A stretch of DNA of 64,000 nucleotides from an uncultured Verrucomicrobiae bacterium (GCA_963769025.1 CAVYKI010000003.1:896001-960000), one strand, 5' to 3'. Numbered from the stretch's first letter, positions 47,884 through 59,192 are shown. The notes: generated from the letters alone by a model not told the origin. Made by a program: numbers and translations.

Positions 47884-50800
47884 ATGCCCACGAAGTCCTC
47901 CAGGAAAGACATGCCGATCCTCGCCGCGAAAAAACTCCTCGTCGCCAACCGCTCCGAGATCGCCATCCGCGTCATGCGCGCGGCGACGGAACTCGGCCTG
48001 CGCACGGTCGCGATTTATGCGGAGGAGGACCGATTTTCCATGCACCGCTTCAAGGCCGACGAGGCGTACCGCGTGGGCGAGGGCAAGGGGCCGGTCGGCG
48101 CGTATCTCGACATCGACGGCATCGTCGCGCTCGCGAAGGAGAAGGGCGTGGACATGATTCATCCCGGCTACGGATTTCTCTCGGAGAATGCGAAGTTTGC
48201 GCGCGGCGTGCGCGGAGGCGGGCATCACGTTCGTCGGGCCGCAAGCCGGAGCTGCTCGACCTCATGGGCGACAAGGTCGCGGCGCGCGCGCTCACGCAGA
48301 AGCTGAAAGTCCCCACGCTGCCCGGCACCGAGGATCCGGTGAGCGATCGCGAGGAGGCGCTGAAGGTCGCGGCGCAGATCGGATTCCCGCTGATCATCAA
48401 GGCGGCATTCGGCGGCGGCGGGCGCGGGATGCGCGTGGTGCAAAAAGCCGGGCGACCTCGATGCGCTGCTCGACGAGGCGCAGGGCGAGGCGGAGCGCGC
48501 GTTCGGCAACAGCGCGGTCTTTTTGGAAAGCTACATCGGCCGCGCGAAGCACATCGAGGTGCAGGTGCTCGGCGACCGGCATGGCAACGCGGTGCATCTG
48601 CACGAGCGCGATTGCTCGGTGCAGCGGCGGCATCAGAAGGTCGTCGAGATCGCGCCGAGCGTACGGCCTCGCCGACAAGGTGCGCCACGAGCTGTGCGAC
48701 GCCTCCGTGCGCATCGCGCAGGAGATCGGCTACGACAACGCGGGCACGGTCGAGTTCCTCTTCGACCTCGACACGGAGGAGTGGTTCTTCATCGAGATGA
48801 ACCCGCGCATCCAGGTGGAGCACACGGTGACGGAGCAGATCACCGGCATCGATCTCGTGCGCTCGCAGATCCTCATCGCGCAGGGCCACGCGCTGCACAG
48901 CGAGACCGGTCGGCATCCCCGCGCAGGACAAAATCCCGCGCAATGGTTTCGCCGTGCAGTGCCGCGTCACGACGGAGGATCCGGAGAACAAATTCACGCC
49001 GAACTACGGCAAGATCATCACGTATCGCAGCGCCGGCGGCTACGGCGTGCGGCTCGATGCGGGCATGGGCGACGCGGGCGCGGTCATCACGCCGTTCTAC
49101 GATTCGCTGCTGGTGAAGATCACCACGAGCGGGCACGACCTTCCACACGGCGCTGGATCGCATGGATCGCGCGCTGCGCGAATTCCGCATCCGCGGCGTG
49201 AAGACGAACATCTCCGTTCCTCGAGAACGTGATCAACCACCCGACCTTCCGCAGCGGACATGGCGACGACGACGCTGATCGACACGACGCCGGCGCTCTT
49301 CGACTTCAAGCCGCGCCGCGACCGCGCGACGAAGCTGCTCAATTTCCTCGGCAACGTCATCGTCAACGGCAACCCGCACGCCAAGGGCTACAAGCCCGCG
49401 CAGCCGCTCACCGCCGCGCCCGTGCCGAAGTGGGACGGCCGCGTGGAGCCCGCGGAAGGCACGCGCCAGCTGCTGCTCGAACTCGGGCCGAAGAAATTTG
49501 CCGAGTGGACGCTCAAGCAGAAGCGGCTGCTCGTCACCGACACGACCTTCCGCGACGCGCACCAGTCGCTCATGGCGACGCGCGTGCGCACCGCGGACAT
49601 GCTCGCCATCGCGCCGGCCGTGGCGCGGCGGACGCCCGAGCTTTTCTCCCTCGAAATGTGGGGCGGCGCGACCTTCGACACCGCGATGCGCTTCCTGAAC
49701 GAAGATCCGTGGCAGCGTCTGCGCTCGCTGCGCGCGACGGTGCCGAACATCTGCTTCCAGATGCTCCTGCGCGGCGCGAACGCCGTCGGCTACACGAGCT
49801 ATCCGGCGAATGTCGTCGCCGGTTTCGTGAAGCACAGCCGCCGAGGCGGCATGGATATTTTCCGCGTCTTCGATTCGCTGAATGATCTCGCCGAACATGA
49901 AGGCCGCGATGGAGGCGGTGCAGGAGACGCACGGCATCTGCGAAGGCGCGCTCTGCTACACCGGCGACATCCTCGATCCGAAGCGCACGAAGTATTCGCT
50001 GAAATACTACATCGCGCTCGCGAAGGAGCTGGAGAAAATGGGCGCGCACATCCTCGCGATCAAGGACATGGCCGGCCTCTGCCGCCCGTACGCCGCGAGC
50101 GCGCTCGTGAAGGCGCTGAAGGACGAAATCGGCATCCCCGTCCACTTTCACACGCACGACACGAGCGGCATCAATGCCGGCTCGCGTGCTCCGCGCGAGC
50201 GACGCGGGCGTGGATGTGGTCGACCTGGCCATCGCGAGCATGAGCGGCAGCACGTCGCAGCCGAACATGAACAGCGTCGTCGCCGCGCTGCAAAACACGC
50301 CGCGCGAGACCGGGCCTCGACCTCGATACGCTCAACGAATTCTCCGACTACTGGGAGCACGTGCGCGACTTTCTACGCGCCCTTCGACACCGCGCCGAAG
50401 ACCGGCAGCGCCGAGGTCTATCTCCACGAAATGCCCGGCGGCCAGTACACGAATCTCAAGGAGCAGGCCGCGAGCATGGGCCTCGGCCATCGCTGGCCGG
50501 AAATCGCGCGCTGCTACCGCGAGGTGAACGAGCTCTTCGGCGACATCGTGAAAGTCACGCCGTCGAGCAAGGTCGTCGGCGACATGGCGCTGTTCCTTTT
50601 CACCCGCGGCATCAAGCCCGCCGACGTGGTGAACCTCGAACCCGGCAGCATCGCATTCCCCGAGAGCGTGCTCGACATGCTCAGCGGCGGACTCGGCGAG
50701 CCGATGGGCGGCTTCCCGAAGGACGTGGTGCGCGCCGTCCTCGGCGACAAGAAGATCAAACGCACAAGACCCGAGCCCGTGAAGCTCAAGGACACGCGCG

Positions 50801-51366
50801 CCGAAGTCGCCACGAAAACCAAGCGCGACGAGAGCGACGACGACCTCTACTCGCACCTCATGTATCCGCAGGTCTTCGCGGACTTCGCGAAATTCCAGGC
50901 GAGCTTCAGCGACGTGAGCTGCCTGCCGACGCCCGCATTTTTCTACGGCCTGCGCCCCGGCGAGGAAGTCGCCGTGAGCATCGAGGAGGGCAAGGTGCTC
51001 TTCATCAAACTCATCAACATCGGCACGCCCGACAAGGACGGACGCCGCGTGATCACCTACGAGCTGAACGGCCTGCCGCGCGAAGCCACCGTGCTCGACA
51101 AGAGCATCTCGAAGGAAGTGAAGATGCGCCCGAAGGCCGCCGCCAGCGACCCGCTGCAAATCGGCGCGCCCATCCCCGGCATGATCACGGTGCTCGAAGC
51201 CAGCGTCGGCAAGGCCGTCGCCAAAGGCGACAAGCTCGCCACCCTCGAGGCGATGAAGATGCAGACGAACCTGCTCGCCCCCGCGGACGGCACCGTCGCC
51301 GAAGTGCTCGTGACGGTCGGCGAAGCGGTCGAGGCGGGGGATCTGATGATCAAGCTGCGGGCGTGA
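47884..51366 (+). CDS. pyc: Pyruvate carboxylase (many apparent frameshifts, 48200-50400)
   Basis: [76 protein letters not shown], biotin site EAMKM. Confidence 0.95.
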
Positions 51367-51383
51367 AGACGGGGAAAGCCGCG

Positions 51384-51412
51384 TTGACTTGGGCGATGCC
51401 CGTTCGTAACGT
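51384..51412 (+). promoter_or_regulatory. Sigma-70-type promoter, probably giving a leaderless mRNA
   Basis: TTGACT-N17-TAACGT-N6-GTG. Confidence 0.55.
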
Positions 51413-51418
51413 GCCCTT

Positions 51419-52462
51419 GTGAAACATTTCACAAAGTCCGACAAGAACGCCTCCGACGTATCGAAAGGCGTGAACAAGACCGCGGCACTCAAGCAGACCT
51501 TCGAGCTGATCAATTCCGAACTCTACGCGGTGGAGGAACGGATCCGCGCGCAGGCGCGGGCATTCGACCCGGCGGTCGAGGGCTACGTGGCGTATGCGGT
51601 GGAAAGCAGCGGAAAGCGGCTGCGGCCGGCGCTCGCGCTCATCGCCGGCGGTGCGACGGGCAATATCGGGCCGGACCATTTTGACCTGGCGGTGGTCGTC
51701 GAACTCATCCACGCCGCGACGCTCGTGCATGATGACATTCTCGACAGCGCGGATACCCGCCGCGGCCAGCCCACGGCGAATGCGAAGTGGGGCAACGCGC
51801 TCTCGGTCCTGCTCGGCGACTGCCTTTTTGCACACGCGCTGAAGCTCGCGAGCGGATTCCGCAGCAGCGAGATGATGCGCCGCATGGCCGAGGCCGCGAG
51901 CGAGGTCTGCTCGGGCGAAATCATCCAGACGCAGCGCCGCTTCGATCTGAATCTCTCGGTGCCCGACTACTACCGCATCATCGAGATGAAGACCGGCGCG
52001 CTCTTTGCAGTGGCGACGGAGCTCGGCGCTTTCCTGAACGAGGCGACACCCTCGGTCATCGCCGCCATGCGTACCTTCGGGCTGAAGTTCGGGACGGCGT
52101 TCCAGATTTACGACGACGTGCTCGATCTCGCGGGCAATGAGGCGGGCGCCGGAAAGACACTCGGCAGCGATCTGCGCAAGGGGAAGCTCACGCTGCCCAT
52201 CCTCTATCTCCTCCAGCACAGCGAGCCCACGGACCGCGCGCGCATCTGCAAAATCATCCTCGGCGGCAATGACGACGAGATCTCCACGCTCGTGAAAAAG
52301 GCGATCGAAACAGGCGCGGTGAACAGCGCCGTGGTCACCGCCCGCCGGATGCTGCGGGAGACCGAAGTGCAGCTCAAGGTCGTCCCTGCGAACAAGTACC
52401 ACGATGCGCTGAAGGGATTGATCGGCACGCTCGACGGGATGCTCGGCCAGTTTGCCGAGTGA
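51419..52462 (+). CDS. Polyprenyl diphosphate synthase (IspB/HepT family)
   Basis: GKRLRP, ELIHAATLVHDDILD..TRRG, KTGALF, FQIYDDVLD, GKLTLP. Confidence 0.93.
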   Translation: MKHFTKSDKNASDVSKGVNKTAALKQTFELINSELYAVEERIRAQARAFDPAVEGYVAYAVESSGKRLRPALALIAGGATGNIGPDHFDLAVVVELIHAATLVHDDILDSADTRRGQPTANAKWGNALSVLLGDCLFAHALKLASGFRSSEMMRRMAEAASEVCSGEIIQTQRRFDLNLSVPDYYRIIEMKTGALFAVATELGAFLNEATPSVIAAMRTFGLKFGTAFQIYDDVLDLAGNEAGAGKTLGSDLRKGKLTLPILYLLQHSEPTDRARICKIILGGNDDEISTLVKKAIETGAVNSAVVTARRMLRETEVQLKVVPANKYHDALKGLIGTLDGMLGQFAE

Positions 52463-52544
52463 GCGGGCGGCCGCTAAGAATCGCGTGCGACCGGGTTTGA
52501 CTCCGCCGGGGACGTCACGTTCCCTTTCCGCCAGCGCTCCTTTC

Positions 52545-53165
52545 ATGAAGCTCCCCCTCATCCTCCTGTTCGCGTGCAATGCGCTCGCGCTCGCCGCCGA
52601 GCGGCCGAACGGCTTCCTCGGCATCCAGTGGGGAGCCTCGCCCGAGGAGGCCAAGCGCGTGCTGCAAAAGCGGCCCGGCGTCGTGTTTCCCGGAAAATGC
52701 CGACGACTACCACATCGAGCTGACCGGCGGCACTTTTGCGGGTCAGCCGGTCGCAAAATGGGTGATCGAATTTCCCGAGCGCAAGTTCGCGCTCGGCAGT
52801 CGTCACGCTCAAGACCGAGGGCAACGCAGGCGAGCGTTTACAAGGAATTCCGCACCCAGCTCGTCTCGAAGTACGGCTCCCCGACGGTGGACAGGAAAAC
52901 CGGCGGCACCACCAGGACGAAAGCCCGCCAGCCGCAGGCCGCCGGCACCACGGCCATCTGGAAATTCACGCCGACGATGAAGGACAAGAGCCAGCGTGCT
53001 CATCTCCGCGGAACTGATCGGCGGAGACGCGAAAGGGGCGACGAAACGCAGGGCAGCGTCACCATCAAATACGTGAATGAAACGCTCACTGGAACCGCGG
53101 CGGTGGCCGCGGGAAAGGGCACGGCGAAGCCTTCGCTGCCGCCGGTGAAGAAGGAAGAACTCTGA
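52545..53165 (+). CDS. Hypothetical secreted protein (apparent frameshifts)
   Basis: Signal peptide MKLPLILLF..ALA; GFLGIQWGAS; coding sense switches between frames at 52690-53040. Confidence 0.6.
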   Translation: MKLPLILLFACNALALAAERPNGFLGIQWGASPEEAKRVLQKRPGVVFPGKCRRLPHRADRRHFCGSAGRKMGDRISRAQVRARQSSRSRPRATQASVYKEFRTQLVSKYGSPTVDRKTGGTTRTKARQPQAAGTTAIWKFTPTMKDKSQRAHLRGTDRRRRERGDETQGSVTIKYVNETLTGTAAVAAGKGTAKPSLPPVKKEEL

Positions 53166-53188
53166 GCCGGGGGCGAATCGCGGGGAGC

Positions 53189-53884
53189 ATGGGCACGCTC
53201 AAAATCAACGAACTGCCCGAGCAGGAGCGGCCCCGCGAAAAGCTCGCCGCGCAAGGCGCAGCCGCACTGTCTGACAGCGAACTGATCGCCATCCTGCTGC
53301 GGACCGGCATTCCCGGCGCAAACGCGGTGGACATCGGTCGGCAGCTCATCCTGCATTTCGGTTCACTCGCCGCGCTCTCCCGCGCGTCGCTGCCGGAGCT
53401 GGCAAAAATCAAGGGCGTCGGCCCCACGAAGGCCGTGCAGCTCGCCGCCGCATTCGGCCTCGCCTCGCGTCTCGCGCAGGAGGCCCTCGCCGGCGTCGCG
53501 CTCGACTCGCCGGGCAGGATTTTCGACCTGCTCGGCGCGGAGATGCGCCAGCTCGGCAAGGAAAGCCTCCGCGTCGTCCTGCTGGATGCGAAGCTGCGCC
53601 TCCTGCGCACCGAGCAGGTCTCGCTCGGCAGCCTGAACGAATGCCTCGCGCACCCTCGCGAAATCCTCCGCCCCGCCATCCTGCACAACGCGCATGCATT
53701 CATCCTCGTCCACAACCACCCGAGCGGCGATCCCTCGCCGAGCGACGCCGACCGGCGCGTCACGCTCCGCATGGCCGAGGCCGCGCGGATGTTGCAGGTG
53801 AATTTCTTCGACCACGTCATCATCGGCAGCCCGGCGCCGGGCCGCGTCCCGTACTTCAGTTTCCGCGAGGCGGGCATCATCTGA
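53189..53884 (+). CDS. radC: RadC / JAB-domain protein
   Basis: ERPREKL...LSDSELIAILLRTG, HhH IKGVG, HPREI, HNHPSGDPSPS..D, DHVII. Confidence 0.95.
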   Translation: MGTLKINELPEQERPREKLAAQGAAALSDSELIAILLRTGIPGANAVDIGRQLILHFGSLAALSRASLPELAKIKGVGPTKAVQLAAAFGLASRLAQEALAGVALDSPGRIFDLLGAEMRQLGKESLRVVLLDAKLRLLRTEQVSLGSLNECLAHPREILRPAILHNAHAFILVHNHPSGDPSPSDADRRVTLRMAEAARMLQVNFFDHVIIGSPAPGRVPYFSFREAGII

Positions 53885-53944
53885 GCTGGGTGCGGAAAGT
53901 GGAGGTTGGCATCGCGCCCGCGAAGCCCTAATCCACCGCGAGCC

Positions 53945-54763
53945 GTGAAGATTCACCCGACCGCAGCCATCCACCCGCAGGCCGTCCTCGGCACGGGCGC
54001 CACCGTGGGCCCGTTTGCCGTCATCGAGGAAGGCGCGCAGCTCGGCGAAGGCTGCATCGTCCACGCGCACGCGTTCATCGGCGGAAACGTGACTCTGGGA
54101 AAAAACTGCACCGTCGGCCACGGCACGGTGCTCGGCGGAGACCCGCAGGATTTTTCATTCAAGCCAGAGGTCCGCAGCCGCGTCACCGTCGGCGCCGGAA
54201 CCAAGATGCACGAATACGTCACCATCCATCGCGGCACGACCGATGGCAGCGAGACGGTGGTCGGTGAAGGCTGCTTCCTCATGGGCGGCGCACACCTCGG
54301 GCACAATGTCCGCGTCGGCAACCGCGTCATCATCGCAAACAACGCGCTGCTCGGCGGCCACGTGCAGGTCGGGGACGGCGTGTTCATCGGCGGCGGCAGC
54401 GTTTTTCACCAGCACATCCGCGTCGGGCGGCTCGCGATTTGCCAGGGCGCGTCCGGCTTCAGCAAAGACATCCCACCATTCGTCATCGCGGCGGATATCA
54501 ACGGCATCGCCGGGCTGAATGTCATCGGCCTGCGCCGTGCCGGCTTCGATGCAGCGGCGCGCGCGGAAATCAAACGCGCCTTCGACATGCTTTACCGCTC
54601 GGGGAAAAACGTCTCCCAGGCGCTCGCCACATCCCGCGATGCGGAATGGACCGAAGCCGGCAGGACATTCTGGGACTTCGCCGCCACGGCAAAAAAGCGC
54701 GGCCTCTGCGACTGGCTCGGCGGCCGGCGCGACGCTGGCGGCAGCCCCGCGGAGCCGGCCTAG
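53945..54763 (+). CDS. lpxA: Acyl-ACP--UDP-N-acetylglucosamine O-acyltransferase
   Basis: IHPTA, hexapeptide repeats, [40 protein letters not shown]. Confidence 0.92.
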   Translation: MKIHPTAAIHPQAVLGTGATVGPFAVIEEGAQLGEGCIVHAHAFIGGNVTLGKNCTVGHGTVLGGDPQDFSFKPEVRSRVTVGAGTKMHEYVTIHRGTTDGSETVVGEGCFLMGGAHLGHNVRVGNRVIIANNALLGGHVQVGDGVFIGGGSVFHQHIRVGRLAICQGASGFSKDIPPFVIAADINGIAGLNVIGLRRAGFDAAARAEIKRAFDMLYRSGKNVSQALATSRDAEWTEAGRTFWDFAATAKKRGLCDWLGGRRDAGGSPAEPA

Positions 54764-54767
54764 GCCG

Positions 54768-55304
54768 TCACTCCATCCCGAGCTTCTCTTTCCCCGCCGC
54801 CGAGATCATCGACGGCGACCACGGCGGATCCCACACGACCTCGACATCCGCGCTCGCAACTCCCGGCAGCGTGATGATCCGCTGCCGCGCGTCGCCCGCG
54901 ATCGTCGGGCCCATGCCGCAGCCATGTGCGGTGAGCGTCATCTTCATCGCGATGCGCTTGCCCTTGCCCGACTCGTCGTCGGTGACGGCGACATCGTACA
55001 CGAGCCCGAGGTCCACGATGTTCACAGGGATCTCCGGGTCATAGACCTGCCTGAGCTGCTCCCACACGCGCTCGATTTCAAAGACGCCATCCGCCGCCTC
55101 GTGCTCGACGACCTCGCGGCCGATTGCATCCGCATCAGCTCCCTGAAGCCGGAAAAGCCCTCCGTGATCCGGCGCCATCACCGTGAAGGTGCCGCCGAGT
55201 TCCTGCGTGATCGCCACCTGCGTCCCCGCAGGCAGCAGCCTCGGCACGCCCTCGGGGATCTTGATCGCGGTGATGTCGCGCGTGAGTTCGATGTAGCCGT
55301 CCAT
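54768..55304 (-). CDS. sufT: Fe-S cluster assembly protein SufT (DUF59)
   Basis: ITQELGGTFTV, VYDPEIPVNIVDLGLVY, MTLTAHGCGMG, VWDPPW. Confidence 0.9.
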   Translation of the reverse strand: MDGYIELTRDITAIKIPEGVPRLLPAGTQVAITQELGGTFTVMAPDHGGLFRLQGADADAIGREVVEHEAADGVFEIERVWEQLRQVYDPEIPVNIVDLGLVYDVAVTDDESGKGKRIAMKMTLTAHGCGMGPTIAGDARQRIITLPGVASADVEVVWDPPWSPSMISAAGKEKLGME

Positions 55305-55317
55305 GTGTGTGCGGAGG

Positions 55318-55956
55318 TTAGGCGAAGAGCACTTCCACGTCGCGGGACTTCTGCTCGATCAGCTCGGTCATCCGCTCGCGCGCCAGCGCGTAGTCGCTGC
55401 AAATCCCGTGGAGCATTTCGCCCGCCTCCTCAAATCGCCCGAGCTGCCGCAGCGCCTCGGCGCGGAAGAGGATGAACTCATGCTCCCCGTCCTTCAGCAG
55501 CTCCACGAGCTTCTCCAGATTTTCGATCGCCTCGGGGGTCTTCGGGTAGCGCCCCGTCCCCTGCTCCCGCCGGTGCTTGTCGTTCGCGCGCCACCACGCG
55601 AACACGCGCAGCTCGGTCTCCTGCTCGGGATGCACCGCCATGCCGGTTTTCAATGCCTCAAGGTAATCCTCCTCCCCCACCGGCTCCAGGTAGGGCAGCT
55701 TCTTCCACTCCTCCTGCTCGGGCGTGGCCGGCTGGGTTTCGTCGATCATCCCCACTGGCTCGCACTCGGCGGACCACATCAGCTTGCCGCAGCCCCGGCA
55801 GCGGGAAATGTTCGGCTGCGCGGGTGTCATCGGCATTTCCTGATAGCCGTCCGACCACGAAAGCGAACCCGTGGGGTCGGGAGTGGCCACCGTGAAAAGC
55901 CGCGCGAGCGTCTTGCAGTGGGGGCAGGCGAGGACGACATCTGGACCTTGGAGCAT
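55318..55956 (-). CDS. Hypothetical protein with two CxxC motifs and C-terminal TPR-like helices
   Basis: CPHC...WSDG...CRGC; AEALRQLGRFEEA. Confidence 0.75.
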   Translation of the reverse strand: MLQGPDVVLACPHCKTLARLFTVATPDPTGSLSWSDGYQEMPMTPAQPNISRCRGCGKLMWSAECEPVGMIDETQPATPEQEEWKKLPYLEPVGEEDYLEALKTGMAVHPEQETELRVFAWWRANDKHRREQGTGRYPKTPEAIENLEKLVELLKDGEHEFILFRAEALRQLGRFEEAGEMLHGICSDYALARERMTELIEQKSRDVEVLFA

Positions 55957-56080
55957 GCCGGGAAACTGCGCGGTGCCCCGCCCCCGTGCAAGCAACACTT
56001 GGCCGAGTTCAGCCGCGCCCGCCCGCGTCTGGCAGCCTCCGTGATTGAATGTCCCGCGCCGCCGCGCAATCTCCGCGCGC

Positions 56081-57331
56081 ATGTTCCCCAAAATGATTTC
56101 GCTGTTCGGGCTGGCGGCATTTCTCGCATTCGCGTGGCTGCTCTCGAACAACCGCCGCCGCTTCCCGTGGCGCACGGTGCTCTCCGGCCTCGGACTGCAA
56201 CTCGTCGTCGCACTTTTGATCCTCAAGACCGGGGTGGGCCTCGCGGGCTTCGGAGCCGTGCAGGGAGCCGTGAAGCGCCTCGGTGATTTTTCCGATCAGG
56301 GCGCGGCCATGGCCTTCGGCCCGCTCGCCGATGGTGCAGTGCTCAAAAGCGCATTCGGCGAAGGCAACGCCTACGTCTTCGCCGTCTCGATCACCGCGAC
56401 CATCATCCTCGTCTCCGCGCTCTCGGCGCTGCTCTATCACTGGGGAATTCTCCAGCGCATCGTGCAGGCGATGGCTTGGGTGATGCAGCGCGTCATGGGC
56501 ACCAGCGGCAGCGAGAGCCTCGGCGCCGCGAGCAACATCTTCCTCGGCCAGACCGAGGCCGCTCTCCTCGTGAAGCCCTACATTCCGAAAATGACCGCGA
56601 GCGAACTCATGGCGCTCATGTCCGCCGGCATGGCGACCATCGCCACCGGCGTCATGGTCGTCTATCCGAAGCTCGGCCTCGACGCCGGCCACATCCTCAC
56701 CGCCTCCGTGCTCAGCGCGCCCGCCGCATTGCTCGTCTCGAAAATCATGTTCCCCGAGATGGACCGCAGCGAGACCGCCGCCGGCGCTCCGATGCGCGTC
56801 GCAAAGACCGACGCCAACAGCCTCGATTCCCTCTGCCGCGGGACGAGTGAAGGCGTGATGCTCGCCATCAACGTCATGGGCATGCTCATCGCCTTCGTCG
56901 CCATCGTCGCGCTGGCCAATGCCGTCTTCGGCGGCGTGCAGGGCTGGCTCGGCGTCGCGCCGGAAAACCAATTCACCCTCCAGACGCTCCTCGGCCATCT
57001 GAACGCCCCGTTCGCATGGCTCATGGGCGTGCCGTGGAAGGACTGCACCATCGTCGGCCAGGCGCTCGGCGAGCGCATCGTGCTGAATGAATTCATCGGC
57101 TACATCTCCCTCTCGAAAAACATCGCCACGCTCGACCCTCGCTCCGTCACCATCGCCACCTACGCGCTCTGCGGCTTCGCAAATTTCGCCAGCATCGCCA
57201 TCCAGATCGGCGGCATCGGAGCCATGGCCCCCACCCGCCGCCACGACCTCGCGCGCCTCGGCCTCCGCGCCATGATCGCCGGCCTGCTCGCCTGCTACAT
57301 CACCGCGACCGTGGCGGGGATTTTGATCTAG
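56081..57331 (+). CDS. nupC: Concentrative nucleoside transporter (NupC/CNT family)
   Basis: AWLLSNNRR, NIFLGQTEA, GMATIA, SAPAAL, LNEFIGY, YALCGFANFASIAIQIGG. Confidence 0.92.
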   Translation: MFPKMISLFGLAAFLAFAWLLSNNRRRFPWRTVLSGLGLQLVVALLILKTGVGLAGFGAVQGAVKRLGDFSDQGAAMAFGPLADGAVLKSAFGEGNAYVFAVSITATIILVSALSALLYHWGILQRIVQAMAWVMQRVMGTSGSESLGAASNIFLGQTEAALLVKPYIPKMTASELMALMSAGMATIATGVMVVYPKLGLDAGHILTASVLSAPAALLVSKIMFPEMDRSETAAGAPMRVAKTDANSLDSLCRGTSEGVMLAINVMGMLIAFVAIVALANAVFGGVQGWLGVAPENQFTLQTLLGHLNAPFAWLMGVPWKDCTIVGQALGERIVLNEFIGYISLSKNIATLDPRSVTIATYALCGFANFASIAIQIGGIGAMAPTRRHDLARLGLRAMIAGLLACYITATVAGILI

Positions 57332-57338
57332 GCGGCGC

Positions 57339-58391
57339 TCACGCAGCCCCGTCCGGCGCGGGTGGCTGCGGAAAGCGCCCGAGCGGTGCGACGAGGTTGC
57401 CCGGAAGTGGCCAGACCTTTTCCTGGATGCGCGCGGCGAGGTGCTTCGAGGTCGCGTAGGCGGCGTGCATCATCTCCATTTTTGCGTCGAGATTGTCCAC
57501 ATAGTGCAGCGCCCACGCCTCGGGAGTCTTTGGCACGACGGGGCTGCCGAATTGCAGTTCGCCGTGGTGGCTCGCGAGCAGGTGCAGCAGGTGCATCCGC
57601 ACGTCTTCGCACGCGGGATCGAGCGGCAGCCAGCCGGCCCACTCGGGAGCCTGCTGGAGTTTGCGCCAGAGGGTGTTCACGAGTTCGATACCGATGGTGA
57701 TGTGGCCGAGCAGTTCGCCGCGTTCGTCGAAGGGCATCGTGAACCCTTCGGCGGGCATCTGGTTTTCCCAGAGCTTTCCGCAGTCGTGGAAAAGCACGCC
57801 GGCGGCGAGCAGGTCGCGGTTCAGCGCGGGATAGGCGGATGCGATCGCCATCGCCGAGCGCATCATCTGCGCGACGTGCTCGACGAGGCCGCCGCGGCGC
57901 GCGTGGTGGTTGTTGCGCGCGGCGGCGGCACGGCGGAAGCGGCTGCCGAATTCCGCGAAGAACAGCCCGCACAGCGCCGCCAGGCGCGGGTCGGCGAGGG
58001 CGCGCGTGGTGTCCTCGAGGTATGCAAAGTCGGCGGCCTGCTTGCCGCGGAGCTCGGCGGGGCCCTCCAGCAGCGCGGCCAGTTCCTCCGGCGTGAGTTC
58101 GCGGACGGTCCAGCCCTTTGCATCCATGCCAAAGCCGGGGCTGGCCGCAAACTCGCCCGCGATTTCGACGAACATCCCGTGCCGGGCGTTTTCGCAGAAC
58201 TCAAACGCCGGCGCATCGCTCCATGCGCGCAGCGTGAGCCGCCCCGTGGCATCGGCAAAAATCGCGGTGTAGAACGGCTTGCCCTCGCGGGTGTCCTTGC
58301 GGTGGAGCGACTCGATCTGCGCATGCACGCAGGCCTCGATCCGGTTGTTGGCGGCGGCGTGCTTGAGCTGGCCGATTGGCAGGAGGTCCAT
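57339..58391 (-). CDS. yhaM: YhaM/Cbf1-like 3'-5' exoribonuclease (OB + HD domains)
   Basis: OB fold (GKPFY...DATG), AA..NHHA..GGLVEH, FHDCGK, GELLGHI, SHHG...GSPVVP, HYVDNLDAKM. Confidence 0.88.
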   Translation of the reverse strand: MDLLPIGQLKHAAANNRIEACVHAQIESLHRKDTREGKPFYTAIFADATGRLTLRAWSDAPAFEFCENARHGMFVEIAGEFAASPGFGMDAKGWTVRELTPEELAALLEGPAELRGKQAADFAYLEDTTRALADPRLAALCGLFFAEFGSRFRRAAAARNNHHARRGGLVEHVAQMMRSAMAIASAYPALNRDLLAAGVLFHDCGKLWENQMPAEGFTMPFDERGELLGHITIGIELVNTLWRKLQQAPEWAGWLPLDPACEDVRMHLLHLLASHHGELQFGSPVVPKTPEAWALHYVDNLDAKMEMMHAAYATSKHLAARIQEKVWPLPGNLVAPLGRFPQPPAPDGAA

Positions 58392-58548
58392 GGGTGTTTG
58401 ATCGAGCGCGGGGACGCTGCCTGTCGAGCAGGAAAGCGCGTGCCGGACGCGCGCACCGTTGCGGTGCTTGGCGGCGTAAGGCGTGGCCGAAAGCCTTTGC
58501 AAAGCCCCGTGCGCAGACTAGGGATGTCCGCCCGTTTCCCCCGGCGCC

Positions 58549-59190
58549 ATGCAGTCCCCCGCCCATTCCAAGTTTCATGCTTCCCGCGCGTCGGGTTTCA
58601 GCCTCGTGGAGATCTCGCTTGCCCTTGCGATCGTCGCGATCGCGCTGATCGCGCTGGTGGGGATGCTGCCTTCCGGGATGAGCAATTTCCGGGCGGCGAT
58701 GGACGCGCAGACGGCGGGCGAAATTTTCCAGCGGGTGATCGCCGACGCGCAGGAGACGGACTTTGACACGCTGCTCGCGAGCAAGGTGGAGACGGGCGGG
58801 ACGGGCGGGCAATTCTACCGGCTCGCGCTGCGGCATTTCGACGAGCAGGGCACCGAGGTGAAAGTTGCAAATCCGGATGCTCCGACGGCCACCGAGGCCA
58901 AAACGATCCTCTACGCGGCCCGCGTGCGCGGGACGATGCCGGGCGATCCGGATCCGCGGAATCACTCGGACAGTTTTGCCACCTCGCTGCCGGGTGTTGC
59001 GGCGCCGCGTTTCAACCCGCGGGATCTCACGTTCCTGACCGTCCAGATCGCCATCACCGCCGGCTCACGCCAGATCGCGCCGCTGGTGGATCCGGCAAGT
59101 TTCCTCATCAGCCCGACGCTCGCCGCGAAGTCCGCGATGTCGGTGCGCACGTACGCGGCCATCGTTGCGCGGAACGGATACCGCCGGTAG
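58549..59190 (+). CDS. vccB: Verru_Chthon cassette protein B (pseudopilin-like)
   Basis: GFSLVEISLALAIV...LVGMLPSGMSNFR.A, QETDF, FDEQG. Confidence 0.85.
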   Translation: MQSPAHSKFHASRASGFSLVEISLALAIVAIALIALVGMLPSGMSNFRAAMDAQTAGEIFQRVIADAQETDFDTLLASKVETGGTGGQFYRLALRHFDEQGTEVKVANPDAPTATEAKTILYAARVRGTMPGDPDPRNHSDSFATSLPGVAAPRFNPRDLTFLTVQIAITAGSRQIAPLVDPASFLISPTLAAKSAMSVRTYAAIVARNGYRR

Positions 59191-59192
59191 CC

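Noticed and set aside
47884..51366. Programmed frameshifting or true pseudogene status for pyc (also pnp, rplJ, mutS)
   Set aside because: Too many shifts, no slippery sites, catalytic motifs intact; sequencing error is the simpler explanation.
53189..53884. radC as marker of an integrative element
   Set aside because: Full-length chromosomal type among housekeeping genes; no integrase or att sites seen.
58484..58501. Sigma-54 motif upstream of vccB (TGGC...TTGC)
   Set aside because: GG to GC spacing is 12 nt, not 10.
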